Below the pieces are notes generated by a model. That model was given only the letters and a program-made list of their open reading frames with translations, had not been told where the DNA came from and did no database searches. DNA of 64,000 nucleotides, taken from the NCBI GenBank assembly GCA_050952625.1, contig JBMNLH010000001.1, forward strand, positions 256,001-320,000, given 5' to 3'. Made by a program: the position numbers and the translations under genes. This document shows positions 19,607 to 31,761 of the stretch, piece after piece (position 1 is the first letter of the stretch; every line of letters begins with the position of its first letter). This stretch comes from Bacillota bacterium (GTDB taxonomy: Bacteria; Bacillota; Ch66; Ch109).

Positions 19607-22129
19607 ATGATTGACCAGACAGATCAAATCAGGATTCGTGAACTGCCTCTTCTGCCTCTGCGAGGTATACTTGTATTTCCATATATGGTGATACATCTGG
19701 ATGTGGGTAGGGAGAAGTCGGTCAAGGCGATTGAGGAAGCCATGATTCAGAACCGTGAGATATTCTTAGTAACGCAGAAGGAGGCTCAGACTGACGAACC
19801 CGAGGAGGACGATATTTATCAGGTAGGAACCGTCGCTGAAGTGAAGCAATTGCTCAAGCTGCCAGGCGGAACAATTCGCGTTTTGGTTGAAGGGTTGGCG
19901 CGGGGACGAGTGACTCAGTATCTGCAGCGCGAGCCATATTTGAAAGTAGAACTGGAACAATTCAGTGAACAACGGGTCAAAAATCCCGAAGTAGAAGCCC
20001 TGATGCGCAGCCTGGTTTACCAGTTTGAACAGTACGTTAAAATCAGCAAAAAAATTCCGCCGGAAACGGTGGTCTCAGTGGTTTCGGTGGAGGATCCCGG
20101 TCGCCTGGCCGATATCATCGCCTCTCATTTATCCTTGCGGGTGGGGGATAAACAAACAATTTTAGAAGCGATTGTGGTTAAAGATCGCCTGGAAGCCCTT
20201 TGCGATATTTTGGCCAAGGAAATGGAAATCCTGGAACTGGAACGGAAAATAAATATCCGAGTTCGGAAACAGATGGAAAAAACGCAAAAAGAGTACTATC
20301 TGCGGGAGCAGATGAAGGCGATTCAGAAAGAACTAGGTGATAAAGACGAACGCTTGGCTGAAGTGGAGGATCTTCGAGATCGGATCAGTAAGGCTAATTT
20401 GCCTAAAGAAGTAGAAGAAAAGGCTCTTAAAGAGGTAGAACGATTAGAGAAGATGCCGCCAATGGTGGCTGAGGCCGTGGTTGTCCGTAATTATCTGGAT
20501 TGGCTGTTATCCTTGCCGTGGAGTACGGAAACAAAGGATCGGCTTGATTTGGACCTAGCAGAAAAAATCTTGGATGAAGACCATTATGGACTGCAAAAGC
20601 CCAAAGAACGGATTCTAGAGTATCTGGCGATTAGAAAGCTGGCTAACAAAATGAAAGGGCCAATTCTGTGTTTGGTTGGGCCGCCCGGGGTGGGGAAAAC
20701 CTCCTTGGGTAAATCGGTCGCCAGGGCCTTGGAACGCAAATTTGTCCGGATGTCCCTTGGCGGGGTCCGTGACGAAGCAGAAATCCGGGGTCATCGCCGG
20801 ACTTATGTTGGGGCCATGCCCGGTCGAGTTATTCAGGGAATGAAGCAGGCTGGCTCGAAAAATCCTGTCTTTCTCTTAGATGAGATTGATAAGATGAGTA
20901 TGGACTTTAGGGGTGATCCCTCTTCGGCCCTGCTCGAAGTGCTTGACCCGGAACAGAATCACGCCTTCAGCGATCATTACCTGGAAGTACCTTTCGACTT
21001 ATCTAGTGTCATGTTTATTACGACCGCTAATGGACAGCACAACATCCCCCGGGCTTTGTTGGATCGGATGGAGGTTATTCAGATTTCTGGCTACACCGAG
21101 GAGGAGAAGCTACAGATCGCGATTAATTATCTCCTCCCCAAACAGATCAAAGAACATGGCCTGGAGCCGTCACAACTGCAGATTTCAGAAAATGCAATTC
21201 GGAAACTAATTAGAGAATATACCCGGGAAGCAGGCGTCCGTAATCTGGAGCGGGAGATTGCTTCTATCTGCCGCAAGTCAGCCCGGGAAATAGTTAGGGA
21301 TCCAGATAAAAAAATCAAGGTCAATACCCAATCCTTAGAGGCATATCTGGGGATTCCCCGCTACCGCTACGGGGTGACGGAGGCAGCTGATCAAGTCGGT
21401 GTAGTTACTGGTTTAGCCTGGACTGAAGTAGGCGGCGATGTCCTTTCGATTGAAGTAGCCTTGCTTAAAGGAAAGGGTAATCTCACTTTAACCGGCAAGC
21501 TAGGAGAAGTAATGCGCGAATCGGCTCAGGCCGGTTTCAGCTACGTTCGTTCACGGGCGAAAGAATTGGGAATTGAAGAGGATTTTCATGAAAAATTCGA
21601 TATCCATATACACGTCCCGGAAGGGGCAATTCCGAAAGACGGCCCTTCAGCCGGAATTACCATGGCCACAGCCCTGGCCTCGGCCCTAAGTAACCGGCCG
21701 GTCCGGAAAGATGTGGCGATGACTGGTGAGATTACCCTGCGGGGTCGGGTATTGCCGATTGGCGGGGTAAAAGAGAAAGTGCTGGCCGCCCATCGGGCCG
21801 GTACCACAACGGTCATTCTCCCGATTGAAAACAAAAAAGATTTGGAAGATATCCCGGCCAATGTGCGGCGCAAGTTGGAGTTTGTGTTAGTCGAGCATAT
21901 GGACCAGGTGTTGCAGCATGCTCTGGTAAATGTCATCTTAGGCGAAGAAGGCACCGCTCAGATCCTGGCTCGGGAAGAAGAAGTTGTTGAGGTGGTGGAC
22001 GACCTTTACATTGAAGATCAAGAAGGGATTAACGATCCATCAGATTCGCCTTTGAATCGCCCTCATAGTCCCTTGGCGGAACCGCCGATAGGTGACGTGG
22101 TTGACGTACCGTCTAACTCAATCGTGTAG
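19607..22129 (+). CDS. lon: endopeptidase La (LonA)
   Basis: LPLLPLR N-domain, [17 protein letters not shown]; ATG 19607 after GGGAGG. Confidence 0.98.
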   Translation: MIDQTDQIRIRELPLLPLRGILVFPYMVIHLDVGREKSVKAIEEAMIQNREIFLVTQKEAQTDEPEEDDIYQVGTVAEVKQLLKLPGGTIRVLVEGLARGRVTQYLQREPYLKVELEQFSEQRVKNPEVEALMRSLVYQFEQYVKISKKIPPETVVSVVSVEDPGRLADIIASHLSLRVGDKQTILEAIVVKDRLEALCDILAKEMEILELERKINIRVRKQMEKTQKEYYLREQMKAIQKELGDKDERLAEVEDLRDRISKANLPKEVEEKALKEVERLEKMPPMVAEAVVVRNYLDWLLSLPWSTETKDRLDLDLAEKILDEDHYGLQKPKERILEYLAIRKLANKMKGPILCLVGPPGVGKTSLGKSVARALERKFVRMSLGGVRDEAEIRGHRRTYVGAMPGRVIQGMKQAGSKNPVFLLDEIDKMSMDFRGDPSSALLEVLDPEQNHAFSDHYLEVPFDLSSVMFITTANGQHNIPRALLDRMEVIQISGYTEEEKLQIAINYLLPKQIKEHGLEPSQLQISENAIRKLIREYTREAGVRNLEREIASICRKSAREIVRDPDKKIKVNTQSLEAYLGIPRYRYGVTEAADQVGVVTGLAWTEVGGDVLSIEVALLKGKGNLTLTGKLGEVMRESAQAGFSYVRSRAKELGIEEDFHEKFDIHIHVPEGAIPKDGPSAGITMATALASALSNRPVRKDVAMTGEITLRGRVLPIGGVKEKVLAAHRAGTTTVILPIENKKDLEDIPANVRRKLEFVLVEHMDQVLQHALVNVILGEEGTAQILAREEEVVEVVDDLYIEDQEGINDPSDSPLNRPHSPLAEPPIGDVVDVPSNSIV

Positions 22130-22190
22130 GTTTACCGGCTAATCTAGCTTAACCGGCTGACCGAGTTATAAACACAAGTGCCAGTAACAT

Positions 22191-22374
22191 AAAAAAGTCC
22201 ATCGCGCAGTGTTATAACGAAGGTCAGCGATTGGCGACTTACATCAGAGAACGGAGGAGGCAGAGGATCAGCAGGCATCACCTGTCTGAGCCCGCAGGGC
22301 GAGTTTGATGCCGGCCCGAAGCCGACGAGGTTCGTTCCCAGTTAAGCCTGCTGACCGAGTTATAACACAAGTGC
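22191..22374 (-). repeat. ~185-bp palindromic MITE-like repeat, family A (plus an extra end fragment at 22147-22181)
   Basis: Near-identical reverse complement of 42685-42868. Confidence 0.9.
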
Positions 22375-22489
22375 CGGAATAGGTTGCTCCCTCTGGGGGC
22401 AACCTTTGTTATCTGGGAATCCTATTGATTCAGCTCAATGTAAATGAGGGTAAGGACTCTATTAGCGAAGGTGGTGAACTGTCAAAGAA

Positions 22490-23074
22490 ATGAAGATTAC
22501 CTCAGCAGAATTCGTCTTAAGCGTGGCCTCCCCTGCCCAGTACCCGCAGGATAATCTGCCGGAACTAGCCCTGGTGGGCCGCTCGAATGTGGGTAAATCT
22601 TCCTTGATTAATAAACTAGTCGGTCGGCGGGCCCTAGCCCGAACCAGCAGTACCCCGGGTAAGACCCGGCTCCTTAATTTCTACCGGATCAATAACTGCT
22701 GGTATTGGGTTGATTTGCCGGGATATGGCTTTGCCCGTGTCTCAAAGAGCATGCGCGGCGAATGGCAGAAGTTGATTGAGCGTTACCTGAAGAACCGCCA
22801 AACCCTGCGGGGGGTTATTCAATTGTTGGATATCCGACATCCGCCCACCGCGGATGACATTCAGATGTATCAGTGGCTCCGTTATTATGAATTGCCGACT
22901 ATTTTGGTTGTTACCAAAGCGGATAAGATTTCGCGGGGCCGTTGGCCGCAGCATTTGAAAGTGATTCGCCAAGCTTTGGGGTTACCCTCAGAGCAGCCGC
23001 TGATAATTTTTTCAGCCGAAACCGGCGTCGGGGTTGAGGAATTGGGAGCCCAGATTGAACAGCTATTAGGCTAA
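22490..23074 (+). CDS. engB: ribosome biogenesis GTPase YsxC/EngB
   Basis: GRSNVGKSS, DLPGYG, TKADK. Confidence 0.96.
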   Translation: MKITSAEFVLSVASPAQYPQDNLPELALVGRSNVGKSSLINKLVGRRALARTSSTPGKTRLLNFYRINNCWYWVDLPGYGFARVSKSMRGEWQKLIERYLKNRQTLRGVIQLLDIRHPPTADDIQMYQWLRYYELPTILVVTKADKISRGRWPQHLKVIRQALGLPSEQPLIIFSAETGVGVEELGAQIEQLLG

Positions 23075-23171
23075 AATTTTTCATTCCTCCATGGAAAAAC
23101 ATTCTATTAATCTTATTTGTGGCATAATATGGTAACAGATTAATAGATTCCATGAGGGGAGGATTTTTCTA

Positions 23172-24011
23172 ATGATCAGATCAAGAGCATTAAAGCGGAA
23201 AGAACATATGGGATTGGTATGGACACCGGCAACCAAGCAATTTGCCCAATCAGCTCCGGCACAACCAGACGAAAGATCGGCGATTTTTCATACCCAGGTT
23301 AGTGTCTTGTCGCCAGATGAGCATATCGCTCCCTTGAACAGTGTACCGATTCAAGATGAGCTGGTTGGACCGGCTAAGCAAGCTGACTTTACTGATGAAA
23401 CTGGTGCTGATGTTCTTTCGCGGACAAAAAAGTTTTGCCTGGATAAAGTAAAAGCATGGTCCGCCGGAGAGACGGTGTTTCGGCAGGGTCTGAATGTCTG
23501 GAGAAATATGGATAATGATGAAGAAGAACCCCCGACTGGCAAGCGCGCTTACCGTTTCCGCTGGCAAGGCCGGGATCTGTCCTTGCTAAAAGGGATTAAC
23601 TGGCCGGCGGTAGCCTGGGGATGGGTAACGGCCTTGGCCTTGACTGTCGCGGTCCTGGGGGCAGCAGCTATTTATGTCGCTCTGACCCCGGGTTCTGTGT
23701 TTTACCTGTCTACTTACTTGTTGTTGAATAAGGTCGTCAGTCCGCTGTTAGGAGGAGTGGTAACCGGGTGGAAAGTAGAACAGAAAGGGTGGCAGGCCGG
23801 TCTCTGGGTTGGAGTTGGTTATGGTTTGACCATTATGGTTTTCCGAATGTACGGAGGCCTATTCTCCTTCTGGTTAGAGGCCCTTACCGGTTTAGTAATA
23901 AGCATGGTTGCGGGGATGGTGGGTGGTCTCTTAGGCCGTATCCTTACGCCCAAACACCGGGCTGCGAAAACCGAGGCAAATAAATCCTGGCAGCCATCTG
24001 AAGTGCATTGA
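23172..24011 (+). CDS. membrane protein (TIGR04086/DUF3792-like C-terminal domain)
   Basis: Polar N-terminal half, four TM helices with 'KGW..G..VG..Y'. Confidence 0.65.
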   Translation: MIRSRALKRKEHMGLVWTPATKQFAQSAPAQPDERSAIFHTQVSVLSPDEHIAPLNSVPIQDELVGPAKQADFTDETGADVLSRTKKFCLDKVKAWSAGETVFRQGLNVWRNMDNDEEEPPTGKRAYRFRWQGRDLSLLKGINWPAVAWGWVTALALTVAVLGAAAIYVALTPGSVFYLSTYLLLNKVVSPLLGGVVTGWKVEQKGWQAGLWVGVGYGLTIMVFRMYGGLFSFWLEALTGLVISMVAGMVGGLLGRILTPKHRAAKTEANKSWQPSEVH

Positions 24012-24036
24012 CAAAGGTTTGATCTATCAGTAAAAT
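24008..24036 (+). promoter_or_regulatory. sigma-A promoter of valS
   Basis: TTGACA-N17-TAAAAT. Confidence 0.7.
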
Positions 24037-24079
24037 CAGCTTATAGACTTTAATTTGATTGTTACTTAGAATTATTTAC

Positions 24080-24192
24080 AAGCCGGGCCTAAAAAGGGCG
24101 CACTTGAGAGCGTATCGTTGGATGTGAACAAGGTAGTACCACGGAAGCGAGACTCCTTTCGTCCTTTGAGGATAAAGGAGTCTACTTGTTTT
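24080..24192 (+). promoter_or_regulatory. degenerate or partial T-box leader of valS
   Basis: AAGGTAGTACCACGG (T-box-like), then antiterminator/terminator gactcctttcgtcct/aggataaaggagtc; no recognisable Stem I. Confidence 0.6.
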
Positions 24193-24280
24193 GGAAGATT
24201 AATGGTTATATTCATAGCAATGACAACCGGAGTTGACTTAGGCTTTGACTAGCTAAAGGACCTTCAGGAAGGAGAAATCT

Positions 24281-26956
24281 ATGAAACAAATGACCCTGGC
24301 CACTGTTTATGATCCAAAAACAGTGGAGGAGAATTGGTATCAGTTTTGGACGGAACATAATTATTTTCGGGCGGAAGTTGATCCGGCCAAAAAACCTTTT
24401 TGTATAGTCATGCCCCCGCCGAATGTGACCGGCTCACTCCATTTGGGGCATGCCCTGGACAATACCCTGCAGGATATTCTGACTCGGTGGCGGAGAATGC
24501 AGGGGTACAGTACTTTATGGTTGCCGGGAACTGATCATGCCGGGATCGCGACCCAGGCTCGGGTAGAAGAGCAGCTGGCTACCGAAGGGGTAAGCAAGTA
24601 TGACTTGGGACGAGAAAAATTTTTGGAGCGGGTATGGGAATGGAAGCACCAATACGGTACCCGGATCACCAACCAACTTCGGTTACTGGGCTCCTCATGT
24701 GATTGGTCTCGGGAAAGGTTTACAATGGATGAAGGGTGCTCCGAAGCGGTTCGAGAAGTTTTTATCGACCTGTATCACCGGGGCCTTATCTACCGGGGTG
24801 ATTACATTATCAATTGGTGCCCCAAATGTCAGACTACTATTTCGGATATTGAAGTAGAGCATGTGGAACGGGATGGGAACCTTTGGCACCTTAAATACCC
24901 GATAAAAGACAGCCGGGAACACATTGTCGTTGCCACGACCCGGCCAGAGACGATGCTGGGCGATACGGCTGTCGCGGTTCACCCAGAGGATAGCCGATAT
25001 AAGCACCTGATTGGCCAGACCGTTATCCTGCCTTTGATGTGGCGGGAAATTCCAATTATTGCTGACGAGTATGTGGAATCCGAATTTGGTACTGGCGCGG
25101 TTAAGGTTACTCCAGCTCATGATCCGAATGACTTTGAAATGGGGCTGCGCCACCAATTGCCGCAAGTGGTCGTGATTGGCCAAGACGCACGGATGACTGA
25201 GCAGGCCGGCCGTTATGCCGGCATGGACCGGTACGCCTGTCGGGCTCAGGTGGTTCAAGATTTGGAAAACCTTGGCCTGCTGCACAAGAAAGAAGAGCAC
25301 CATCATGCGGTCGGTCAGTGCTACCGGTGTGATTCGGTCGTTGAGCCGCTAGTCTCCAAACAATGGTTTGTCCGGATGAAACCCTTGGCTGAACCGGCGA
25401 TGGAAGTAGTCAAGCAGGGCCGAACCCGGTTTGTCCCGGAACGGTTTTCGCGGATCTATCTGAATTGGTTAGAAAACATCCGCGACTGGTGTATTTCCCG
25501 GCAGTTGTGGTGGGGACACCGTATTCCCGTTTGGTACTGTCAAGCTTGCGGCGAAGTGATATGTCAAAAAGACGATCCGACAAACTGCCCGCAGTGCGGG
25601 GGTCAGAACCTGCGGCAGGACCCGGATGTTCTGGATACCTGGTTCAGTTCTGGTTTGTGGCCTTTTTCAACCCTGGGCTGGCCGGAAAAAACCGCAGAGT
25701 TGACGTACTATTATCCGACAACAGTTCTGGTCACCGGCCGGGATATTATCTTTTTCTGGGTAGCCCGGATGATTTTCAGCGGGCTGGCTTTCATGAATGA
25801 AGTGCCCTTCCGAGAGGTATTGATTCACGGATTAATCCTTGATGCCCAAGGTCGGAAGATGAGCAAATCTTTAGGCAATGGGGTTGATCCTATTGAAGTG
25901 ATTGAGAAATATGGGGCGGATACCCTCCGCTTTATGCTCATTACCGGAACCACGCCGGGTAATGATGTGCGTTTTCACCTGGAAAAGCTGGACCAGACCC
26001 GAAATTTTGCCAACAAGGTTTGGAATGCCTCGCGTTTTGCGATTCTCAACCTAACCGACTTTGTCCCGGACTCAAGCGAAGAAGAGGCACCGCAGACCGA
26101 CACCAGCTTAGCCTTGGCCGATCGCTGGATTTTGAGCCGGTATAACCGGGCGGTAGACGAAGTTACGCGGCATTTAAATAATTACGATATTGGCGAGGCG
26201 GCTAGGGAGGTCTATGAGTTTATTTGGAATGAGTTCTGTGACTGGTATATTGAACTAGTCAAGCCGCGTCTTTATGGCCGCGAAACGGAAGAATCCAAAC
26301 GGCAGGCCCAAAAGATTTTACACTATGTGTTGAATAATACCCTAAAACTATTGCACCCCTTCATGCCTTTTATGACTGAAGAGCTTTACCAGCACCTGCC
26401 CCACCAGCATGAGAGTATTATGATTGCTCCCTGGCCGATATTTAGGGAAGCTCAGGCCTCCGCGGCGGCGGAAAGAGAAATGGGCCTGCTGATGGACATT
26501 ATTCGTTCGATTCGCAACCTGCGGGCCGAATTAAAATTGCCCCCGGGTCGAGAAGTGGAGATTATTCTGGTCTGCGGCGATCAGGAAATCTTGTCAACCA
26601 TCAATCAAGGGACCGGGTACATTCAAAACCTGGCTACTGTCTCAAAGATCGAGGTTTATTCAGAACTAGCCGAACGACCGCGCCAAGCACTCACGGCCGT
26701 TGTGGGTTCGGCAGAAATCTATTTGCCTTTAGCCGGGCTAGTTGATCTGAATAAAGAGATTGCCCGTCTGGAAAAGGAAGTTGACCTGATGGACAAGGAA
26801 ATTAGCCGGTTGGATAAAAAGCTGAGCAATCAAGGCTTCTTGGCCAAGGCACCGGCAGCAGTGATTGACAAAGAAAAAGCGAAGCTGGTTGAATACCAGG
26901 TTAAGAAAGAAACCCTTGTCAAAAGACTGGCCGCTTTGCGAGCAGCCGATGGTTAA
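24281..26956 (+). CDS. valS: valine--tRNA ligase
   Basis: [19 protein letters not shown]-terminal coiled coil. Confidence 0.98.
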   Translation: MKQMTLATVYDPKTVEENWYQFWTEHNYFRAEVDPAKKPFCIVMPPPNVTGSLHLGHALDNTLQDILTRWRRMQGYSTLWLPGTDHAGIATQARVEEQLATEGVSKYDLGREKFLERVWEWKHQYGTRITNQLRLLGSSCDWSRERFTMDEGCSEAVREVFIDLYHRGLIYRGDYIINWCPKCQTTISDIEVEHVERDGNLWHLKYPIKDSREHIVVATTRPETMLGDTAVAVHPEDSRYKHLIGQTVILPLMWREIPIIADEYVESEFGTGAVKVTPAHDPNDFEMGLRHQLPQVVVIGQDARMTEQAGRYAGMDRYACRAQVVQDLENLGLLHKKEEHHHAVGQCYRCDSVVEPLVSKQWFVRMKPLAEPAMEVVKQGRTRFVPERFSRIYLNWLENIRDWCISRQLWWGHRIPVWYCQACGEVICQKDDPTNCPQCGGQNLRQDPDVLDTWFSSGLWPFSTLGWPEKTAELTYYYPTTVLVTGRDIIFFWVARMIFSGLAFMNEVPFREVLIHGLILDAQGRKMSKSLGNGVDPIEVIEKYGADTLRFMLITGTTPGNDVRFHLEKLDQTRNFANKVWNASRFAILNLTDFVPDSSEEEAPQTDTSLALADRWILSRYNRAVDEVTRHLNNYDIGEAAREVYEFIWNEFCDWYIELVKPRLYGRETEESKRQAQKILHYVLNNTLKLLHPFMPFMTEELYQHLPHQHESIMIAPWPIFREAQASAAAEREMGLLMDIIRSIRNLRAELKLPPGREVEIILVCGDQEILSTINQGTGYIQNLATVSKIEVYSELAERPRQALTAVVGSAEIYLPLAGLVDLNKEIARLEKEVDLMDKEISRLDKKLSNQGFLAKAPAAVIDKEKAKLVEYQVKKETLVKRLAALRAADG

Positions 26957-27144
26957 AAAAGCCAGAAGCTGCTGGATTATTCTATCCCGATTGTTTATAA
27001 TTATTTTAGAAAATAAGACGTCAATATTATGGCTGTCATTGCTATGAATATACCGGGATGACAGATGTCCGCAATTCTATTAGTAGTTGTGCCCTATGGG
27101 CAGGTACGGTTAATTTAGAATAAAAGTTAACCTGAGGTTGAGCC

Positions 27145-28542
27145 GTGAATTATTTAGAGGCTTTAGCGTATTTAAACCAGTTGACAAAATTTGGCATCAA
27201 TCTAGGCCTTTCCAGAATGGAAAGGCTTTTAGCCATTTGGGGAAATCCCCATCAACAATTAGCTTGCGTTCATGTCGGAGGGACGAACGGCAAAGGGTCA
27301 GTTTGTGCGATGGTGAGCAGCATTCTCCAGGCCGCCGGCTTCAAGGTGGGTATGTTTACCTCACCCCATCTGGAAAGCTATACTGAACGGTTTCAGATAA
27401 ACGGAGAGGCGATTCCAGAAGCAGAAGTGGCTCAATTAATAACCGAATTGCGACCTCATCTCGAGCAGATGGTGGCAGAAGGATTTGAGCATCCGACTGA
27501 ATTTGAGGTTAACACGGCCCTTGCTTTTCAGTATTTCCACCGAGCCGGGGTAGATCTGGCGGTAATAGAAGTCGGAATGGGTGGCGACTTAGACTCGACC
27601 AACCTGATTACCCCTTCGGTTTCCATCATTACGAATGTTTCACTAGAGCATGAGCGGGTCCTAGGGCACTCCCTTCGGGACATTGCCAGGACCAAAGCCG
27701 GTATAATTAAGCCGAAGGTGCCATTAGTTACGGCGGCCGAAGGAGAGGCTTGGCCCGTGTTACGCCGGGTAGCCAGTCAGTTGGCGGCACCAGTGATCCG
27801 TATACTTCCCGGCCCGCCAGCCCAGAATGAATTTACGCCGTCTTACCGAACTGTTTGGTTAAACTCGATCCAGTCTAGGAATTCTGGGTTACCCCAGCCG
27901 ACTGCGGTCCAGGTGATGAAGGGACAAACCCTTAGTGTGCGGGGGTTACAACGGGAGTATCGGGACCTTTGGATCCCGCTGCTTGGGGAACACCAAAAGA
28001 TAAATGCAACGGTGGCGGTAGCGACGATTGAGTTATTACGAGAACAAGGCTTACCGATCAGCGATGCTGACATTTACCAGGGGCTTCAGGAGACAATCTG
28101 GCCAGGTCGCCTAGAATTGGTAAGCCAAAATCCAATAATCTTACTAGATGGGGCGCACAACCCGGCCGGAGCCCGCTGTCTGGCTAGTTTTTTAGGCGAG
28201 AGTTTTCCAGATCACCGGCTAGTTTTAGTTATCGGAGTGTTAGAGGATAAAAATCGGGACCTAATTGTTCAAGCGATTGCTCCTTTAGCCAATGAGATTA
28301 TCGTTACCGAACCGCCCGGACCCCGATCTGGTAATTGGACCGAGGTTGCCCGACTGGCGGAACATTATACTGATCGCGTGATTATTCAGGATCGACTGCC
28401 CGATGCTCTAGCAAGTGGGGTTGAGTTGGTGCAAAAATACCAGCACAATGGCCAAGCCGCCTTATTGTGTGTGACTGGTTCTCTTTATCTGATCGCGGAG
28501 GCTAGGGGGATATTAAAGTTCCAAGAGAGGGAGAATACTTAA
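27145..28542 (+). CDS. folC: folylpolyglutamate synthase/dihydrofolate synthase
   Basis: GTNGKGS, FTSPHL, DGAHNP. Confidence 0.96.
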   Translation: MNYLEALAYLNQLTKFGINLGLSRMERLLAIWGNPHQQLACVHVGGTNGKGSVCAMVSSILQAAGFKVGMFTSPHLESYTERFQINGEAIPEAEVAQLITELRPHLEQMVAEGFEHPTEFEVNTALAFQYFHRAGVDLAVIEVGMGGDLDSTNLITPSVSIITNVSLEHERVLGHSLRDIARTKAGIIKPKVPLVTAAEGEAWPVLRRVASQLAAPVIRILPGPPAQNEFTPSYRTVWLNSIQSRNSGLPQPTAVQVMKGQTLSVRGLQREYRDLWIPLLGEHQKINATVAVATIELLREQGLPISDADIYQGLQETIWPGRLELVSQNPIILLDGAHNPAGARCLASFLGESFPDHRLVLVIGVLEDKNRDLIVQAIAPLANEIIVTEPPGPRSGNWTEVARLAEHYTDRVIIQDRLPDALASGVELVQKYQHNGQAALLCVTGSLYLIAEARGILKFQERENT

Positions 28543-28785
28543 TTATAACAATCGAGAAGAATCCCGATGACATTTCTCGTTAGAAGTATGATATAATTAA
28601 CGATGGTTTACATGTAGATTAGTTTTAGGGTCATAATGGTTCATTCTGGCAAACTTGATGCAACCTTACTTATGCGTTCTAGCGGTTAAAGATCCAGATT
28701 AATTAGCCGATGGATTGGATTAATAAACTGGATATCAGGGCACTACTAAGGGCGTATGTCTGGTCTACTCGAAAGAGAGGGATGA

Positions 28786-29418
28786 TTGTTGATTTTTAAC
28801 CTCAAATCTCGGGAAGACAAGTTTTATCAATTTTTCCGAGAGGGTTCCGAAACAGTCTGCAACGGTGTCGCCATTTTACGAGATGCGCTAAATGATTACG
28901 AACGATTGCCGGCCAGACTAGACGAATTAACGGCCATTGAACAGGTTGGAGATTCTATCACTCGATCAATCCTAGAGAAATTGAATCAGAGCTTAGTGAC
29001 GCCTCTTGATCGAGAAGATATCTACATGCTGGCCCGAGAATTGGATCGGATCTTAGACCACGTCCATGGTACTCTGGAAAAGATGGTTTTGTATAAGACC
29101 GGTAAACCGACTGAAGCTGCCAAGGAATTGGTGAGAATTTTGGTTCAGGCAACGGAGGAAATTAAAAAAGCCTTCGCCGTGCTCAATGATTTGAAAACCA
29201 ACTATAACCTAGTGTTAGAATTATGCGAGGATATTAAATTTCAGGAGAATCTGGGAGATCATTGTTATCGTAAGGCAGTAGCAGCTCTTTTTGAAGGAGG
29301 ATTGGATCCGATTGAGGTCATCAAATGGAAGGAAGTCTATGAGCATCTGGAAACTGCATTGGACCATTGCGAAGATGTAGCGAACCTCCTCAAAGGGGTG
29401 GCTCTCAAATATGCCTAG
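28786..29418 (+). CDS. DUF47 phosphate transport regulator (PhoU-like)
   Basis: TPLDREDI motif; overlaps the pit start. Confidence 0.9.
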   Translation: MLIFNLKSREDKFYQFFREGSETVCNGVAILRDALNDYERLPARLDELTAIEQVGDSITRSILEKLNQSLVTPLDREDIYMLARELDRILDHVHGTLEKMVLYKTGKPTEAAKELVRILVQATEEIKKAFAVLNDLKTNYNLVLELCEDIKFQENLGDHCYRKAVAALFEGGLDPIEVIKWKEVYEHLETALDHCEDVANLLKGVALKYA

Positions 29419-30403
29419 CGGAATAGTCTGGTTAGTGATCGTTGTACTGGCTGCTCTCTTATTTGACTACATTAACGGTTTTCATGACACAGCTAACGCT
29501 ATCGCTACTTCGGTGTCAACTAAAGCTCTTACACCGCAGCGGGCAGTAATGTTAGCGGCAGTATTAAATTTTATTGGTGCTTTAAGCGGCACAGCTGTGG
29601 CCGGAACTATCGGGAAAGGGATTGTCGCGCCTCAGGACATTACCCAAGAGGTGGTGGTGGCTAGTCTAATAGGTGCTATTTGCTGGAATATTATTACTTG
29701 GCTATCTGGTATTCCCAGTAGCTCTTCCCATGCTTTAATTGGCGGAATTGTGGGTGCGGTAGTTGCGGGATATGGATTTGGAGCACTTATTTGGGCTGGC
29801 CTGCAAAAAATTATCCTCATTCTTATCCTTTCTCCAATTCTTGGGTTCACCAGTGGCTATTTGATTATGACCATCCTTTTCTTTGTTTTTGGGCGGAAGT
29901 CACCGGTTAAAGTAAATGAGGTTTTTCGGCGACTCCAGGTTTTTTCAGCGAGTATGATGTCTTTTTCCCACGGCTCCAATGATGCTCAGAAATCGATGGG
30001 AATTATCACCATGGCCTTAGTGAGTGCCGGGTTAATAACCGAGTTTCATGTACCGCTGTGGGTTATTCTGGCCTGTGCGACTGCGATGGCCTTAGGAACC
30101 GCTGCCGGCGGTTGGCGAATAATTAAGACAATGGGTGGCAAGATTTTTAAGTTGGAACCAATTAATGGTTTTGCGGCAGACCTGAACTCATCCTTAGTTA
30201 TTCTGACCGCCACTCATTTCGGCATGCCGGTAAGCACGACTCATGTTGTTTCAACCTCAATCATGGGAGTGGGGACTGCCAAAAGAGTTAAGGCTGTGCG
30301 TTGGGGGACAGCCCGTTCGATTGTTATGGCCTGGATTTTAACTATCCCGCTTAGTGCGATAATATCCGCCTTGGTGTATAAAGTTATTATCTTGGTATCA
30401 TAA
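29411..30403 (+). CDS. pit: inorganic phosphate transporter (PiT family)
   Basis: GFHDTANAIAT, HGSNDAQK, PVSTTH. Confidence 0.95.
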   Translation: MPSGIVWLVIVVLAALLFDYINGFHDTANAIATSVSTKALTPQRAVMLAAVLNFIGALSGTAVAGTIGKGIVAPQDITQEVVVASLIGAICWNIITWLSGIPSSSSHALIGGIVGAVVAGYGFGALIWAGLQKIILILILSPILGFTSGYLIMTILFFVFGRKSPVKVNEVFRRLQVFSASMMSFSHGSNDAQKSMGIITMALVSAGLITEFHVPLWVILACATAMALGTAAGGWRIIKTMGGKIFKLEPINGFAADLNSSLVILTATHFGMPVSTTHVVSTSIMGVGTAKRVKAVRWGTARSIVMAWILTIPLSAIISALVYKVIILVS

Positions 30404-30473
30404 TTACTAGCTCATTAAGGATCAGCAATCACTAAAGATCAGCTTGAGATAAACAAATTTGACAGGGAGGGAT

Positions 30474-31109
30474 ATGGTGAAAACCCTTAAGATACCTGAA
30501 GCAACCATTATCCGTCTATCCGTATATTCACGATATTTGGCTCAGATTAAACGAAAAGGCGTTGTAACTATATCATCTGGAGAAATTGCCCGAGGAGTAG
30601 GTGTTAGTTCGGCCCAGGTTCGTAAGGATTTAGCCTATTTCGGTGAATTTGGCACGCGTGGCGTTGGTTATAACGTGGGCGAGCTTTATGGGTACCTAAT
30701 GAAGATTCTCGGGTTAACTACCCAGTGGAAGTTGGTAATCGTGGGGGCTGGTAAGCTTGGCTCAGCTTTGGCGATGTATGGCGGTTTTGCTGAGCGCGGC
30801 TTTAAGGTCGTTGGTATTTTTGATAATGACCCTCGAAAGATTGGTCAGAAGTTAGATAACCTTGAAATAATGGATATCAGCCAACTCCCCAAGATTGTCG
30901 AGGCCAATGAGGCCAAGATAGGTATTATCGCGGTGCCGGTAGAAGAGGCGCAAGAAGTAGCCGATACTCTGATCAAGAATGGTTTAAAGGCGATTCTCAA
31001 TTTTTCACCCCGGGTTCTGTCAGTTCCAGATGATGTGGTACTCCGGAGTGTTGACCTTTCTGTCAATCTGGAAATACTGAGTTTTTATCTGGATGCGCAG
31101 AAACGCTGA
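30474..31109 (+). CDS. rex: redox-sensing transcriptional repressor Rex
   Basis: IPEATI.RL..Y, QVRKDL.YFG.FG.RG.GY, Rossmann VGAGKLG. Confidence 0.96.
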   Translation: MVKTLKIPEATIIRLSVYSRYLAQIKRKGVVTISSGEIARGVGVSSAQVRKDLAYFGEFGTRGVGYNVGELYGYLMKILGLTTQWKLVIVGAGKLGSALAMYGGFAERGFKVVGIFDNDPRKIGQKLDNLEIMDISQLPKIVEANEAKIGIIAVPVEEAQEVADTLIKNGLKAILNFSPRVLSVPDDVVLRSVDLSVNLEILSFYLDAQKR

Positions 31110-31195
31110 GGCAGGAGCAGTGGTCAACTGACGTCTTCCACTTGGAAGGCGTTATTTCTGTTTGTTGATCATTGAGTCTGGAAATGGGGGGTAGC

Positions 31196-31456
31196 ATGAG
31201 AGGACTTAGTGATAAAAGTGTCTGGATATTGCTAATCCTACTGGTAATTGGGGGCATTATTGGCAGTTGGCTTGGCGTTGTTTTAGTAAAAATGTGGCCC
31301 GGGTTTGGTTTGCTTGGTCAGACCGAGGTAATCGGCTTACCTCCCACAACCCTTGATTTGCAGATTCTTTCAGTAACTTTCGGTTTTGCCCTTAGATTAA
31401 ATCTACTGACAGTCTTAGGGTTTATTCTAGCTTACTTGGTTTTCCGACGGCTGTAG
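31196..31456 (+). CDS. DUF4321 domain membrane protein
   Basis: 'LDL..L..TFG..L.LN' pattern; usual position before maf. Confidence 0.75.
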   Translation: MRGLSDKSVWILLILLVIGGIIGSWLGVVLVKMWPGFGLLGQTEVIGLPPTTLDLQILSVTFGFALRLNLLTVLGFILAYLVFRRL

Positions 31457-31761
31457 CCAAACATTTTTTATGACAACCATGACAAACCGGCGTGCGACTA
31501 ACGTATTTAATAGGTATACCTTCTTGTGGCTGCGATCTGTGCCCATGGGTTTCGGCGTCATTATGTCCGCTATTCTTCATAAGTGGTTTTGTCCTTGGGG
31601 CAGGGCATGGGTGGTTAATAAGTATATCCTCTTGTGGCAGCGATCTGTTCACCATAGGTTTCGGCGTTGAAAACTGTGAAATGTGAAGTGTATGGAATTT
31701 GCCGGCCAACTCATACTACTCAAAATAGTTAAGATTAAAAAACGACAAAGGAATTGGTTCC

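Noticed and set aside
28597-28612. Possible Pho-box pair upstream of DUF47-pit
   Set aside because: Only two degenerate hexamers in AT-rich DNA.
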